DNA from: Felis catus
Taxonomy: Eukaryota
Length of the DNA: 64,000 bases
Assembly: GCF_018350175.1 (NCBI RefSeq)
Contig: NC_058369.1
Coordinates: 25,298,001-25,362,000, forward strand
Direction of reading: 5' to 3'
Numbering within the stretch: the first letter of the stretch is position 1; the number at the start of each line of letters is the position of its first letter. This document shows positions 50,401-63,666 of the stretch, in pieces. The notes beneath the pieces were generated by a model. The model did no database searches. It was not told the DNA's origin and was given only the letters and a program-made list of their open reading frames with translations. Both the position numbers and the translations under genes were made by a program.

Positions 50401-50700
50401 TGATGGCAATGTTCTAGGGTTTGTATTACACAGATGCAAGCATTTGTCAATATTTATTGATTGGTACTCTTTAAGATTTGTTCACTTCACTGTATATAAA
50501 ATTTCATCCATTAAAGCATAAACAAGTATTGAACTAGATGGTGAATGATATGCATTTGAAGAATTTAGGGGAGAAATATATACATATATACATACACACA
50601 CACGTACATACATATACATATCTGCAACTTGCTTTAAAATGCATTTACTAAAAAAATTAAATAAATTGATGGATGGACATGTGATTATTAAACATTATAA
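47480..50700 (+). mobile_element. Degraded old L1 ORF2/3' UTR carrying seven SINEs (47578-47799, about 47843-47955, 48690-48786 minus, 48819-49005, 49158-49380, 49629-49800, 50097-50320)
   Basis: CTCCAGGCCCAGATAACTTCATTGGTGAA, TATTCACAGATGACATAGTTG; SINE TSDs such as AAAATTGATAAA(A)CTAT, GGTGAAATATTG, AGAAAGGAAGAATTA. Confidence 0.82.
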
Positions 50701-50711
50701 TTGTAGATCAA

Positions 50712-50970
50712 AGGACTTCTAATCCAGTAGAATTTTCTAAGCTGATGTAAATGTTCTATATCTGCATTACCCAATACGGTTGCTACTAGACACATGTGGC
50801 TAATGAGCACTTGAAATGTAACTAGTGCAACTGAGGAAATGAATTTCAAGTTTAATTTTATTGTAAATTATTTAAATTTAGATAGCAGATGTGGCCACTG
50901 GCTACTATTTTGGACAGCACAGACAGAACATTTCCATCACGGCAGAAAGTTCTGTCAGACAATGTTGATC
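50712..50970. mobile_element. MER3-like hAT-Charlie element
   Basis: AATGTTCTATATCTGCA...CACATGTGGCTAATGAGCACTTGAAATGT...TTTTGGACAGCACAG. Confidence 0.8.
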
Positions 50971-52632
50971 TAGAAGCACAGAACAATGTTGAAAATAGTG
51001 ATGATGACAACAGACCTCCTTGTTTTGATTCTGACAGGAAAACAGTGTCCCATCATTAATATGATGTGTACTATGGGTTTCTAATAAATGGTACTTATCT
51101 AGAGTAATGTTATAATGAATACAAACAAAATATCTATAGTGCTTTATAGCTTCTAAGGCATTTAAAAATATTTGTATTTAATCCTTTCACAAATCCTCTA
51201 CTCTTGTGGTTGAGAAAACAGAAACTGAGAGTTCAATTGTATATTACCACCAACTAGCAAGTGGTAGAGACTTGACTCAGATTTCTGTCTCCAAATTCCC
51301 TTTTCTATTGACTTTATCAATTAATGTCCACAGTAACATAGTCATCAATGATCTCATGATATAAACATCAAAACGTATGATAAGAAAAGGTTGTGAAAAG
51401 TTGGATATGACATATCCTCAATACCTTTTAACACTTATTTTGATATAAGAAAAGCCTGACACATTGACATTGAAAATTACAGGAATCATAAAATTGGGCA
51501 GTCTACCTTTTAAACATCTATACGTAAAAAGTGAAGTAAAAATTGAAAGGTTTATGTTTTATTTTAGTAACTTGTATATCTACCCAGGTTTTGCTAACAA
51601 TTTATTTTCTAATTGTGTATTTCAAGTAACTCCCATATCACTAACATCAGAAAAATGTTCAATGTCTTAGATGTTTTAGCAGAGTTTTACAAATCAGCTA
51701 TACAGTTGTCATGCTCATGGTCTGTGAACATAAGAGAGAAACACAATAAGCAAAGCTTTAATGACTCTTGCCTCTTACTTTTGCATAGGAATTACACTGT
51801 TCTATTTGGGACTATTTTTAATTGCTAAAATGTTTTCTAAAGCAATGTAATTTTTTGCTGTTATACCTTCAGTATCTCCTAGAACAGTGGCAAAGTACAC
51901 ATTCAATAAATATTTGTGTATGAGTGCATAAATGGATGGATGGATGCGTAGAACTAGGAAGAGGTGACATTTGTAAACTGAACAGGCAATGTAAATGCTG
52001 TGGGTTTACGACTGTTGTTTAATGTGTTCAGGTACTCCCAGTTTGCTATGAACTATTGATGTATCACTCCAGTGTAATCCACAAATTAGAAGACATTTTG
52101 GCATTCTGTAACTAAAATTTAATAAGAAGGAAGATGGGGGATGTGTTTCAAAAATCAGAGCGTATGTGCACTGATACAATATTGTGTACCAAGTATACTT
52201 ACATAAGAAAAATTAAAAATCTAAATTTAGAACCAAAAAATCCTGAGTCATATTGAACAAACAGTTCACAGCCTTGGCACTCAGTCATTCCCAGGGCCCT
52301 CATCTGCCATTATTGCTACCAGAGACACACAGTATCTTTCCCAGTGATTCAGGAGAGTTGGGAAGGTTTCGTACACATTTTTCTCCCCCCTAGCACTATC
52401 ACAGTGCCCATCACAGAAGAGATGTTAAATAAAGGTTTGTTGAATGAGTTAATTTTCTTTATAATATTAGCACAATGTTCAACCTTTGTTCTTCTGAAAT
52501 CTCAAAAGAGTAGTTTCATAGTTTTACATTATGAAATCCGTCAAAATTCTTTTCAGTATAGTGTCTTGTACATATCGTACCCTTAAAATCATCTGAAACA
52601 CAAATGCATTTTTATTTTTAAAAGATTCATTC

Positions 52633-53001
52633 AGGGTGCCTGGCTAGTTCAGTAGGCTAGGAATCTGACCCTTGACTTAGGCTCAGATCATGATCCCACA
52701 GTTTCGTGGGTTTGAGCCCTGCATCAGGCTCTGCACTGCTTGGGATTCTCCCTCTCTCTCTACCCTTCCCCGCTTGCACTTTCTGTTTCTCTCTCTCCCC
52801 AAAAAATAACAAAAACAAAAACAAACAAAACCCCCAGAACTTTAAAAAATTATTCAATCTCACAGTACATAGAATAAGATATGATCATCTCCTTCAATCC
52901 TACCCCATTTTTATTCCCCAACCTACTATTGGCATAGTTTATGCTTCTCTTTCCTGCCTTTTTAAATTTATTATTATTATTTTTTATATTTTTTATTTTT
53001 G

Positions 53002-53056
<55 letters not shown>

Positions 53057-53194
53057 CAGCGCAAGCAGGGGAGGGGCAGAGAGAAGGAGACACAGAATCC
53101 AAAGCAGACTCCAGGCTCTGAACTATCAGCGCAGAGCCTGACGCTGGGTTTGAACTCAAAACTGGCTTAATCTACTGAGCAACTCAGGTGCCCC
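52633..53194. mobile_element. Two Can-SINEs (about 52633-52850 plus; 52966-53194 minus)
   Basis: Second has TSD TTCCTGCCTTTTT. Confidence 0.88.
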
Positions 53195-54169
53195 ATTCCT
53201 GCCTTTTTAAAGTGCTTTGGTATAATAGGTGGGTGCACACACACATATTTTTATCAACATGGAGTCAGACATATGAATTGTTCTGCAGTGGGCTTCCCCA
53301 ACATTGACATGACACTATGTCAGCACATACAGTCTGTCTCACTCTTCAACAGCTGCTTGGCACCTACATCAGGTGGATGAACAGTAATTTATTGAATTAT
53401 ATCTCTGATAACGGGCACTTAGGGTTGTCTCCATCTTTTTAAACTATTATAAACATTATAGCATTGAATACCTTGTACATACATTTTAGCATACACGTGT
53501 GAGTATTTCCATGAAAAATTTCTTTGAAGAGTATATTATTTTTTTTTTGGTGGATGCTGTCATGTTTCCTTTTAAGAAATATTTACCAATGAACACTCCC
53601 ACTCCGTCTAGTCCTTGCCCTTCTGTTCTCGCCAGATTAACAGTAGGAACAAGAAAACTCAGGGCTAGGCTAAATTAGACTTAGGTTTTCCATAGACACA
53701 ATATTCAAAGATGAAACAGTTTTGGATTTAGGGCTTTGAGGGGTTCAGGCCTACACTTTAGTGCCATTTAATCTAATCATTGCAGATTAAATGAGAGTTA
53801 TCGGTCAACCTTAAGACCGGTTTGTTACTTATAACATTGTTTCTGGGACAAGAATGTTATGGTTCTTATGTAAAAAACAAACAAAAAACAAAAAACAAAA
53901 AACAAAACCCTTTTAAATCACAACAAACATTTATTAAACTTTAGCATACATATATCAAGGGTGCACTAGGTAGCCAGGAGATGAAATTGTTTCTGTCCTC
54001 AAGAAACTGGTGATCAAGGTGATAGTAATTAACTTTGTTATAGGTGTGAGAATGTGATTACAGTTCTGTTAAAAAAAAAAAAAGCTCTTGTAAAAAAGAT
54101 TCTACTTTAGTATTTATAATAGAATTTCAAGATGTCTTGGTTTTGCTTTAAAATATTTCAGGAAAACAA

Positions 54170-54635
54170 GGGGCGCCTGGATGGCTCAGTCAGCTAAGCG
54201 TCCAACTTCAGCTCAGGTCATGATCTCACGGCCGGTGAGTTCGAGCCCCGCATCGGGCTCCGTGCTGACAGCTCAGAGCCTGGAGCCTGCTTCGGATTCT
54301 GTCTCCCTGTCTCTCTCTGCCCCTCCCCCACTCACACTCTGTCTCTCAAAAAAAAAAAAACAAAACAAAAAAAAAACAAAACAGGAAAACAAGAAAACAC
54401 GGAGAGAATTAAAACAAGTGTTGCAAATGTTAAGTGTTGAATTGGAGTGATGGGTGGATGTGGATTTATTATGTCTTATTATGTGTAATGACTAGAGATA
54501 TAATAATGTAAATTCATTATTTTACCTTAAAAAAAGATTTTATTTTAATTAATCTCTCTACCCAACATGGGGCTTGAACTCATAACCCTGAGATCAAGAG
54601 TCCTATGCTCCACCAACTGAGCCAGCCAGGCACCC
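54170..54635. mobile_element. Two Can-SINEs (about 54170-54381 plus; 54535-54635 minus)
   Basis: First has TSD CAGGAAAACAAG. Confidence 0.88.
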
Positions 54636-54794
54636 CTCTCTCTACCTTTGCAAATATAAATAATATTCTCATTCTTCTAGAAACACCAATATATAAATAC
54701 AAAATTTCAATATAATAAAATAATAAAGATATATGCACAAGAGGTTATGAAAGCAGAAAAGGACCCAAATTTGTTTAGGTGGGATTGAGCAGGA

Positions 54795-55030
54795 CTGAGA
54801 GTATAAGAGCCCAACTCCTGTATCAAACTATCTGGGTCCAAATTCCAGTACCTCCTCTTTTTAGTTATGTGATATTGGCATGTAACTTGGCCACTCTGTG
54901 CTCAGTTTCCTGTATAATAAAATGGGGATAATTATAGTACCTAATTGAGGATCAAATGAGATAGCTTGCAAAGCCCTGAAACAGTGCCCAATACATAGTA
55001 AACATGAAACTGTGTGTTATAATTTATCAT
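54795..55030 (+). mobile_element. MIR
   Basis: CTCTGTGCTCAGTTTCCTG...TAAAATGGGGATAATTATAGTACCTA. Confidence 0.75.
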
Positions 55031-55081
55031 CATTGTCAGTGTTACTATGAAGGCTTTTCAGAGATGTCTTGAGGCAGAGAT

Positions 55082-55511
55082 TTTTTTTTAACGTTTATTT
55101 ATTTTTTAACGTTTATTTATTTTTGAGACAGAGAGAGACAGAGCATGAACGGGGGAGGGTCAGAGAGAGAGGGAGACACAGAATCTGAAACAGGCTCCAG
55201 GCTCTGAGCTGTCAGCACAGGGCCCGACGCGAGGCTCGAACTCACAGACTGTGAGATCATGACCCGAGCTGAAGTCGGACACTCAACCAACTGAGCCACC
55301 CAGGCGCCCCAACGTTTATTTATTTTTGAGACAGAGAGAGACAGAGCATGAACGGGGGAGGGTCAGAGAGAGGGAGACACAGAATCTGAAACAGGCTCCA
55401 GGCTCTGAGCTGTCAGCACAGAGCCCAACACGGGGCTGGAACTCACGGACCGCGAAATCATGACCTGAGCTGAAGTCAGCCGCTTAACCGACTGAGCCAC
55501 CCAGGTGCCCC
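55082..55511 (-). mobile_element. SINE (55107-55310) nested in the tail of another SINE
   Basis: Inner TSD AACGTTTATTTATTTTT 55090-55106 / 55311-55327; outer TSD GAGGCAGAGAT 55071 / 55513. Confidence 0.93.
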
Positions 55512-55565
55512 AGAGGCAGAGATGTTTTCAGAAAAGCAACATAACTTAAAGCCAATCAGATGTAG

Positions 55566-55612
55566 GTGTGTGTGTGTCTGTGTGTGTGTGTGTGTGTGTG
55601 TATGCATGTGTG
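55566..55612. repeat. (TG)n microsatellite
   Basis: Read directly. Confidence 0.9.
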
Positions 55613-56384
55613 GAGAGAGGAAGTTAACGTGATCCCATATTTCTAACTTAGGTGACCAGATGGATGATTACATCATTAACTAAGAAGAGAACATAGATGA
55701 AAGAGAGTTTGTCACTTTCAAATTGTATTTTTAATCATATAAACAAATGAGCAGGTATACAACAAACTGAATTACCTCAGAATTAAAATACAGTTCTGAG
55801 AATGAGAAGGTAAAGTACTAATGAAAATTGGCAGCATGAAATGTAAAATGGTAAAGATTCTAAAAATACTTTAAGGGCTAACTTTATCTAGAATAGTAAA
55901 CATTATTGTTATATACCTCATACACATAGCCTAAATAAGTGAGGTCATCTGAGTGCTAGAAGATACCTGGAAATAACATTATTTCAGAAATCCAACAACT
56001 CAGATATTAATGGAATTGCCTTAAAAATATATAGTTCTCAAAGGTTATAATCAGATAAGGTAGCTGTCATGGTTACTGATGACTCCTTCCACATAGGTAC
56101 TACTTGGGAATTCTCAGCAGTGTCTGGGTCCCCATTAAAGCAGACACTGTTTAGGGGACAGGGGCAGAAAAGAGCAGAAATGATCTCTGGAATATCTTAC
56201 TTTGAGTGCCCCAAAGTCTTGTCCCTTACCCACAGTTTCTCCTATTAGCCATGATATCTATTTACTTAATCATCTCTCTTTAGAATTTGAAAAAATTTAA
56301 GGAAAAAATAAGCAATTTAGTAATGTATCATGCCACTGGCCTATTCATGATTATAACTATTACCAGTTTTCATTTTAATTTTTA

Positions 56385-58740
56385 ATGTTTTCTACTTAAT
56401 TTTGAAACAATCTCAGATCTCCAGAAAAGTTGCAAGTACAGTACAAAATTTCTCTCCAGTCATTTGAGAGTAGTTGCTGATATGATGCTTCATCACCCCT
56501 GTATACCTTAGAGTGTTTTCCTGCAAGCAAGGATATTCTCCTACATAATCACAGGAAAAGCATCAAAGTCAGGAAGTTAACATTGACATATCACTATCAT
56601 TTAACCATCAAACTCCATTCAAGTTTCACCATTGTCCCAAATGACATCCTTTACAGCAAAAGGATACAGTTCGGAATCACACGTTGCTTTCAGGTCTGTC
56701 TCTTTAGTCTCCTTCAATCAGCAACAGATGCTCAGTATTTCCTTGATTTTTCATGACCCGGACACTTTTGAAGATTACAGTCCGTTACTTTGTGGAACAT
56801 CCTTCATTTAAGGTTTGTTTGATGTTTCCTTATAATGAAATTCAGGTTAAGTATCTTTGGCAGGATGTCCACAGAAAACATGCTATGTTCTTTTCATTGT
56901 TTGCTATCAGATAGCACATGACTTTTATTTGTCCCATTACTAGTGATGTTTAACGTTGAGCATTTGATTAAGATGCTTCCTCACCATGAAGTTATTCTTT
57001 TCCCCTTTATAACATAGTATTGGCGGGGAGGTGCTTTAAAGTAGTATGAATATTCTGTAATAATATTCTTTACAAACTTTCTATTTATTCATTTGCTTAT
57101 ATCAGGATGGACTCATTTTATTCAATGAGTTATAATTTCATTATTTTTTGTGATGTTGAAAGTTTCCCTGATTTTCCCTGTTGATGGCTGCTAACTGATC
57201 AGGGTGGTAGCTGCTGAAGGTTTGTGGCTGTGGCAATGGCTTAAATAAGACAATGAAGTTTGCCGCATCAGTTGACTCTTTCACTTGAGCACTTAGAGGC
57301 CATGGTAGGGATATTAACTGACCTAATTTCAGTATTGTTGTGTGTCAAGGGATAGGAGAGGGACAGTGGGGAGCGGTTGGCGGAACAATTAGAACACATA
57401 CAGCATTTATGGATGAAGTTTGCTGTCTTATATGAGCATGGATCCTGGCACCCCAAAATAATTAAAATAATAACATCGAAGATCACTGATCACAGATCAC
57501 CGTAATGAGTATAATAATAATGAGAACATTTGAAATAATGTCACAGTTACCAAAATGCAACATAGAGACACAAGGTAAGCAACTGCTTTTGGAAAAATGG
57601 CACTGAGACTTGACACAGCGTTGCCACAAACCTTCAATTTATAAAAAACACAATATCTAGGGTGCCTGGGTGGCTCAGTCGGTTAATCGTCCGACTTCGG
57701 CTCAGGTCATGATCTCGCGGTTTGTGAGTTCAAGCCCTGCGTCGGGCTCTGTGCTGACAGCTCAGCGCCTGGAGCCTGTTTCAGATTCTGTGTCTCCCTC
57801 TCTCTCTCTGACCCTCCTCCATTCATGCTCTGTCTCTCTCTGTCTCAAAAACAAATAAGCGTTAAACATTTTTTTTTAAAAAAACACAACATCTGAGAAG
57901 CACGATAAAACAAAGAGCAAAAAACAAGGGATGCATGTAATTCCAAACTAGCACCATGAGGGTCATTCTAACTTTGTCCCTTTCCATACTTGTAATTCCC
58001 TTCTCTGACAGCGGGAAACCTGGTTTCCATTATCCTCAATATATTTACTTATTTGATGTATCCCCTTATGTAACCAAACTTCCATTGCTATCACCCTCTC
58101 TCTGCAGAGATGCCCTACTCCCCCACGTGAGCTCTGACATCTTGTGCTAGGCTCCCCTCCTACGTGGAAGGATTTCTAACTCTACTAGAGCACCCATAAT
58201 CTGTCCTAGGTACTTCCTCATGCACAAAAGCCCTTCTCTCTCTGTTTGGGTTCTGACCCCCTGCTCGTAACCACTCTCTATGTGGGTGTTCTCTTCACCC
58301 TCCTTAGGCTCTGAGACCCTGCACTAAGCTGCCTTCCTTCCTGGATATTCCTCTCACTCCTTGCATTCTGAAATCCTGCACTAGGCTCCCAATCTGCATA
58401 AAAGCCCTCCTCATCATACCTGGACTCCAAGACTGCCCTCTCATTCAGATGCCCTCCTCACCCCACTCTTCTTCTTCACACCTCTCTCTTAGCTGCCTTT
58501 CCACCGAAATAGCTCTTTATCCCTCCCATGTTCTGACACCCACCAATGCAGACATCCTCCTCACCTTGAGCAGGTTCTGACACCCCACACAAGGATGCCC
58601 CTTTTTGGGAATGCCCTCCTCATCCTTGTACTCCAACACCCTATTCTCGGCCCCTGTGGCTCACCCACCTTGAACAGACTTCTACTTCATTTGGCCCCAC
58701 CTAATGGCTTTAGGACTGAATTATTCAAGAAGGGAAGAGG
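56385..58740 (-). mobile_element. L1MC-like 3' UTR split by Tigger1
   Basis: GAAAAGTTGCAAGTACAGTACAAA start; TTGTAATTCCCTTCTCTGACAG...CATTATCCTCAATATATTTACTT after the Tigger. Confidence 0.65.
57180..57937 (-). mobile_element. Tigger1 5' fragment with a plus-strand SINE at about 57660-57878
   Basis: GTTGCCACAAACCTTCAATTT, AAGATCACTGATCACAGATCACC; terminus followed by TA; SINE TSD AAAAACACAA(T/C)ATCT. Confidence 0.88.
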
Positions 58741-58801
58741 AAAAACCATACAGCTGTTTTTACATGAAGTCATTGTCTTTTGTTATTAAAACATTTATTT
58801 T

Positions 58802-59270
58802 GGGGCACCTGGGTGGCTCAGTCTGTTAAGCGCCCGACTTCGGCTTAGGTCATGATCTCGTGGGTTGTGAGTTCAAGCCCCACATTGGGCTCTGTGCTGA
58901 CGGCTCAGAGCCTGGAGCCTGTTTCGGATTCTGTGTCTCCCTCTCTTTCTGCCCCTCTCCTGCTCCTGCTCTGTCTCTCAAAAATAAATAAATGTTAAAC
59001 AAACAAACAAACAAAAACCATTGCTTTTGACCCTGTATACAAAATGTGATTTAGAGGCACTTGGGTGGCTCAGTCAGTTAAGTGTCCGAATTCAGCTCAG
59101 GTCATGATCTCACAGTTCATGGGTCCAAGCCCCAGGTCGGACTTTGTGCTGACAGCTCACAGCCTAGAGCCTGCTTCAGATACTGTCTCCTTCTCTCTCT
59201 CTGCCCCTCCCCCTTCCCCCTTCTCTCTCTCTCTTTCTCTCTCTATTTCTCTCAAAAAGAAACATTAAAA
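58802..59270 (+). mobile_element. Two Can-SINEs (about 58802-59015, 59055-59268)
   Basis: Second has TSD AAAATGTGATTTAG. Confidence 0.88.
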
Positions 59271-59589
59271 AATGTGATTTAGCTAAACCACTGAAGTAAT
59301 TTTTCCGTTAAATCACTCTATCTCATAAACTATGGAGCTTACTTAGGACAATGTTAATTTGTCCATAATTTATGACATCTCCTATCACTAATTCATTCAG
59401 CTTCCCCAGCATTTGTTTCAAATCAGAACCTCTATTAAAGGTGTTTGTATCCAAAATGAGGGTAAAAGTCAAAATCCTCACATAGGCCAGAAGGCTTCAT
59501 GTGATCTGTCCTCCTCTTCCTCGCGTCTCCCCCTCAACTCTTTCCCCAGGCTGCTCCTTTCCTGCCACCCTGGTCTCTATGAAATTATT

Positions 59590-60113
59590 TTTTTCATTTG
59601 TATTAAGTATAGTTGGCATACAATGTTAAATTAGTTGCAAGTGCACAACATACTGATTTGTCAATTCTATACATTATGCAGTGTTCACCACAACAGGTAT
59701 AGTTACCATCTGTCACCATACAAAGTGATTATAATATTACTATGTTCCTCATGCTGTACTTTTCATCCCCATGACTTATTTGTTTTATAACTGGAAATCT
59801 GAATCTCTTAGTCCTCTTCACCTATTTCTCCCATTTCCCAACCCCTCTCTCTTCTGGCAACTTCCAGTTTGTTCTCTGTATTTAGGAGTCTGTTTCTGGG
59901 TTTTGTTTTTTGGGTTTCTTTGCTCATTTGCTTTTTTTAGATTCCACATATAAGTGAAAGCATATGGTATTTGTCTTTCTCTGAGTTATTTCACTTAGCA
60001 TAATACCTTTTGTGTCCATAATACCTTTGTGTTGTCGCAAATGGCAAGATCTCACTCTTTTTTATGGCTCATTCTTTTTTATTCATTTTCATTAATTCAT
60101 TATTTATTTATAC

Positions 60114-60149
<36 letters not shown>

Positions 60150-60207
60150 ATATCTTTTTTTTTAATGTTTATTTTAAGAGAGAGGGTGGGGGAGAGAGGT
60201 GGTGGGC

Positions 60208-60242
<35 letters not shown>

Positions 60243-61048
60243 ATCCCAAGCAGGCTCCATGCTCAGCATGGAGCCCCACGTGGGGCTCAATCTCATGACT
60301 GTGAGATCATGACCTGAGCCACAATCAAGAGTCAGACACTTAACCAACTGGGAGCCACCCAGGCACTCCTGTACCATATCTTCTTGATCTCTTCATCTAT
60401 CTATGGACACTTAGGTTGCTTCCACATCTTAGCCATTGTAAATAATGCTTCATTGAACATAGGGGTGCATATATCTTTTTGAAATAGTGTTTTATTTTCT
60501 TTGTAAAGAAAATGTAGTGTAATTACTGGATCATATGATATTTCTATTTTTCATTTTTTGAGGAACCCCATACTATTTTGCATAATGGTTCCACCAATTT
60601 ACATACTCACCGATGGTGCATGAGCATTCTCTTTTCTCCACATCCTCACCAACACTTGTTATTTCTTTTCTTTTTGATACTAGTCATTCTGACTGGTATG
60701 CAGTAATATCTCATTGTGGTATTGGTTTGCATTTCCTTGAGGATTAGTGATGTTGAGTATCTTTTCATGTATCTGTTGGCTATCTGTGTGTCTTCTACAC
60801 CAGTATAAAAAGATTTGCACAGCAAAAGAAACCATCAACAAAACAAAAAGGCAACCTACTGTATGGGAGAAAATACGTGAGAATGATTTATCTGCTAAGG
60901 GGTTAATATCCGAAATATATAAAGAACTTATACAACCCAACATCCCCCCAAAAAACAAATAGCCAATTAAAAAATGGGCAGAGGAAGTGAATAGATATTT
61001 TTCTAAAGGAAACATAAAGATGGCCAACAGATACACAAAAAGATGCTT
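59590..61048 (-). mobile_element. L1 (L1MA9/L1_Carn-like) with 5' inversion (plus-strand part about 60800-61047), inserted in L2; SINE at about 60153-60368
   Basis: Strand switch at about 60797; diverged TSD TATGAAATTATT 59578 / TATGCAATTCTT 61049. Confidence 0.85.
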
Positions 61049-61469
61049 TATGCAATTCTTAAAACAGAATGGCTGGGCCATTTTTGCCTTAGGGCTTAGG
61101 GCCTCTGCCCTGGTTCCTCTTCCTGAAATACTTTCTCCCCAGATGTCCCCATTACTCATTCCAGTGACTCCTTCATGTTTTTGTTTAGATCTCACCTTCT
61201 CAATGAAGCCCACTCTAATCAGCCTGTTTAAAATCGGAACTGCCTCCAACCCTGATTTCCCTGCCACTTACCGCTTTCTAATATATTATACTCCTAATAC
61301 TACTTATTATGTTTATTTTTCATTTGCTGCCTTTCTTCCCACCATCCCCACTAAACTGTAGCTCCATAAGGGCAGGGGTTTTTAATATTTTGTTCATTAC
61401 CTAACAAATATTTGTTGAATGCAGACAGCAGTTTCCTGAAGCAGATTGAATCCCAAAACTAAATTCAGA

Positions 61470-61483
61470 GCACCATCTAGTGT
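61470..61483 (-). promoter_or_regulatory. CTCF-like motif, reverse orientation
   Basis: Minus strand ACACTAGATGGTGC vs core CCACTAGATGGCGC. Confidence 0.35.
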
Positions 61484-61726
61484 TCTTGGAAGGATGTGCT
61501 TGCTACTTAACCCTGAGAGTCATTTGCATTAGCCATGGGATAAACAGTACTGGTGTAATCAATTTTCACTTACTCTATTTTTTAGTGCCCTCTGTGGTTC
61601 TGTGAAAATTAAAATGTTTTCCATGATTTAACAGTCATGGGACATATTGACTTCTCTAAGAGTAATCTCTTCTCCAAGGACTTGCCTGTTGCTCCCCAGA
61701 ATTCCTTGGGGCTACAAGTGTAATGA

Positions 61727-62590
61727 AGGGGGGCCCTGGGTGCCTCAGTCTTGGTTTCAGCTTGGGTCATGATCTCACAGTTTGTGGGTTCCAGCTCCGT
61801 GGCAGGCTGGCAGGGTGGAGCCTGCTTGGGATTCTCTCTCTCCCTCTCTCTCTTTCTCTCTGCCTCTGCTTGCACGCATACTCTCAAAATAAATAAATAA
61901 ACATTTTTTTAAAAGTGTGGAGGCGCCTGGGTGGTTCAGTTGGTTAAGCATCTGACTCTTGGTTTTGGCTCAGGCCATGATCTCATGGTTTTGTGCATTT
62001 GAGGCTTGCATCAGGCTCCGTGCTGACAGCTCTGAATCTACTTGGGATTCTCTGTCTCCCTCTCTCTCTGCCCCTCCCCATCCCACTGTCTCTGTCTCTC
62101 TCAAAATAAATAATAAACTAAAAAAAAAAGTGTCATGAAGGTCTCATGTCTTTAAGCCTTAGGGCATCTGTCTTTCCCCACTTGCAAAAAACCCCCTAAA
62201 TACAAACACAAGGTAATAACCCTTTCTTTTTTGGTACCTACACTATTTCTCCAGAATATAATAAATTATATTTGTTGATTTAAAAATTTTTGCTTTGGCC
62301 ACAAAAGTCCCTAAATCAAAGCGATAGAATGCTAGCAAGGGTAATGGTAATAATGTTTAAAATAGTATCAGGATTCTCTAAGATAATGAGCATAGACTTC
62401 TGATTTAGAAAATATTGGTTTCTTTAGATACCATAAACAGGAAAAATGCTTTAAAAGCATTAAAACATTTAATATTTGGGGCATCTGGCTGGCTCAGTCG
62501 GAAAAGCATGACTCTTGTTCTCGGGGTCATGAGTTTGAGTTTCACTTTGGGTGAGATGACTTAACTAAGTAAATAAACTTTCAGGAAAAA
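61727..62590 (+). mobile_element. Three Can-SINEs (about 61727-61912, 61919-62128, 62477-62588)
   Basis: First two share flanks AAGTGT(A/C)ATGAAGG; third has AAAACATTTAATATTT. Confidence 0.85.
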
Positions 62591-62629
62591 CATTTAATAT
62601 TTAACAGTAAGTAATGAAAAGCATAATTA

Positions 62630-62860
62630 TCTCATTTTGACTGAATGCTTATTGTGCCCAGCACTATTCAGAAAGTTCATTACCATCTTTACAACCCTAA
62701 CATGTAGATTCTCTACATTAAGTCCCATATTTCAGATGATGGAATGGAAACACAGAGAAGTTAAGTAACTTGACTGAAGTCACAGAACTAGTAAAGAGTA
62801 GAGCCTGAATTCAAAGCCAGCTAGGCTGGCTCCACAGGCCATGTCCATGAGCTTATGCCC
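62630..62860 (-). mobile_element. MIR
   Basis: CAGAGAAGTTAAGTAACTTGACTGAAGTCACAGAACTAGTAA. Confidence 0.8.
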
Positions 62861-63382
62861 ATGCTTTTATTCACCTCCCCAAAGAAATGAATGATGCTGC
62901 TTTGTTTCAAAGTTCTTGGCTTGGTCAAAGAAATTAATTTATTAATGTCCTCATCTTCCAAAAAGGAATCCAGGCAACCATAAACAAAATAAAGGCATAT
63001 ACAATTATCCTAAAAGTTAAATTTTTTTTCTTTTCACAGTTAAGAAGGTAGAAGTTATAGAATTTGCCTTTCTAAGGATTTATGTTTTGGCCACGAATTT
63101 ACATTCAAAGGATGCTGTGGCAAACATCATAAGCAACATGAACATCAAGATCAAAGGGTGGTATGCAGAGGCATGGTGAAGAATCAGTTGGTCCTTGCTG
63201 CCCATCTAACTCAGAACTTTTGATGCTACCTTTTCAATTGCCCAAAGCTTTCCCCAACTCTACCACTAGTTCTAATGTTTCAAAGTAGATAGAAGTGACT
63301 TAAGTTCCCAAAATATCAATTAACATACTCCTTTCTTGAATTTGACTCATCTCAGCTGGATGTTAGAAAACAAGTGAATTCT

Positions 63383-63620
63383 TGGGAATGCAAGCTGGTG
63401 CAGCCACTCTGGAAAACAGTATGGAGGTTCCTCAAAAAACTAAAAGTAGAACTACCCTATGACCCAGTAATTGCACTACTAGGTATTTATCCAAGGGATA
63501 CAGGTGTGCTGTTTCAAAGGGACACATGCACCCCCATGTTTATAGCAGCACTATCAACAATAGCCAAAGTATGGAAACAGCCCAAATGTCCCTCGATGGA
63601 TGAATGGATAAAGAAGATGT

Positions 63621-63666
<46 letters not shown>

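Noticed and set aside
60680..61267. Longest ORF (195 aa)
   Set aside because: Chimeric read-through across L2 and the L1 inversion junction
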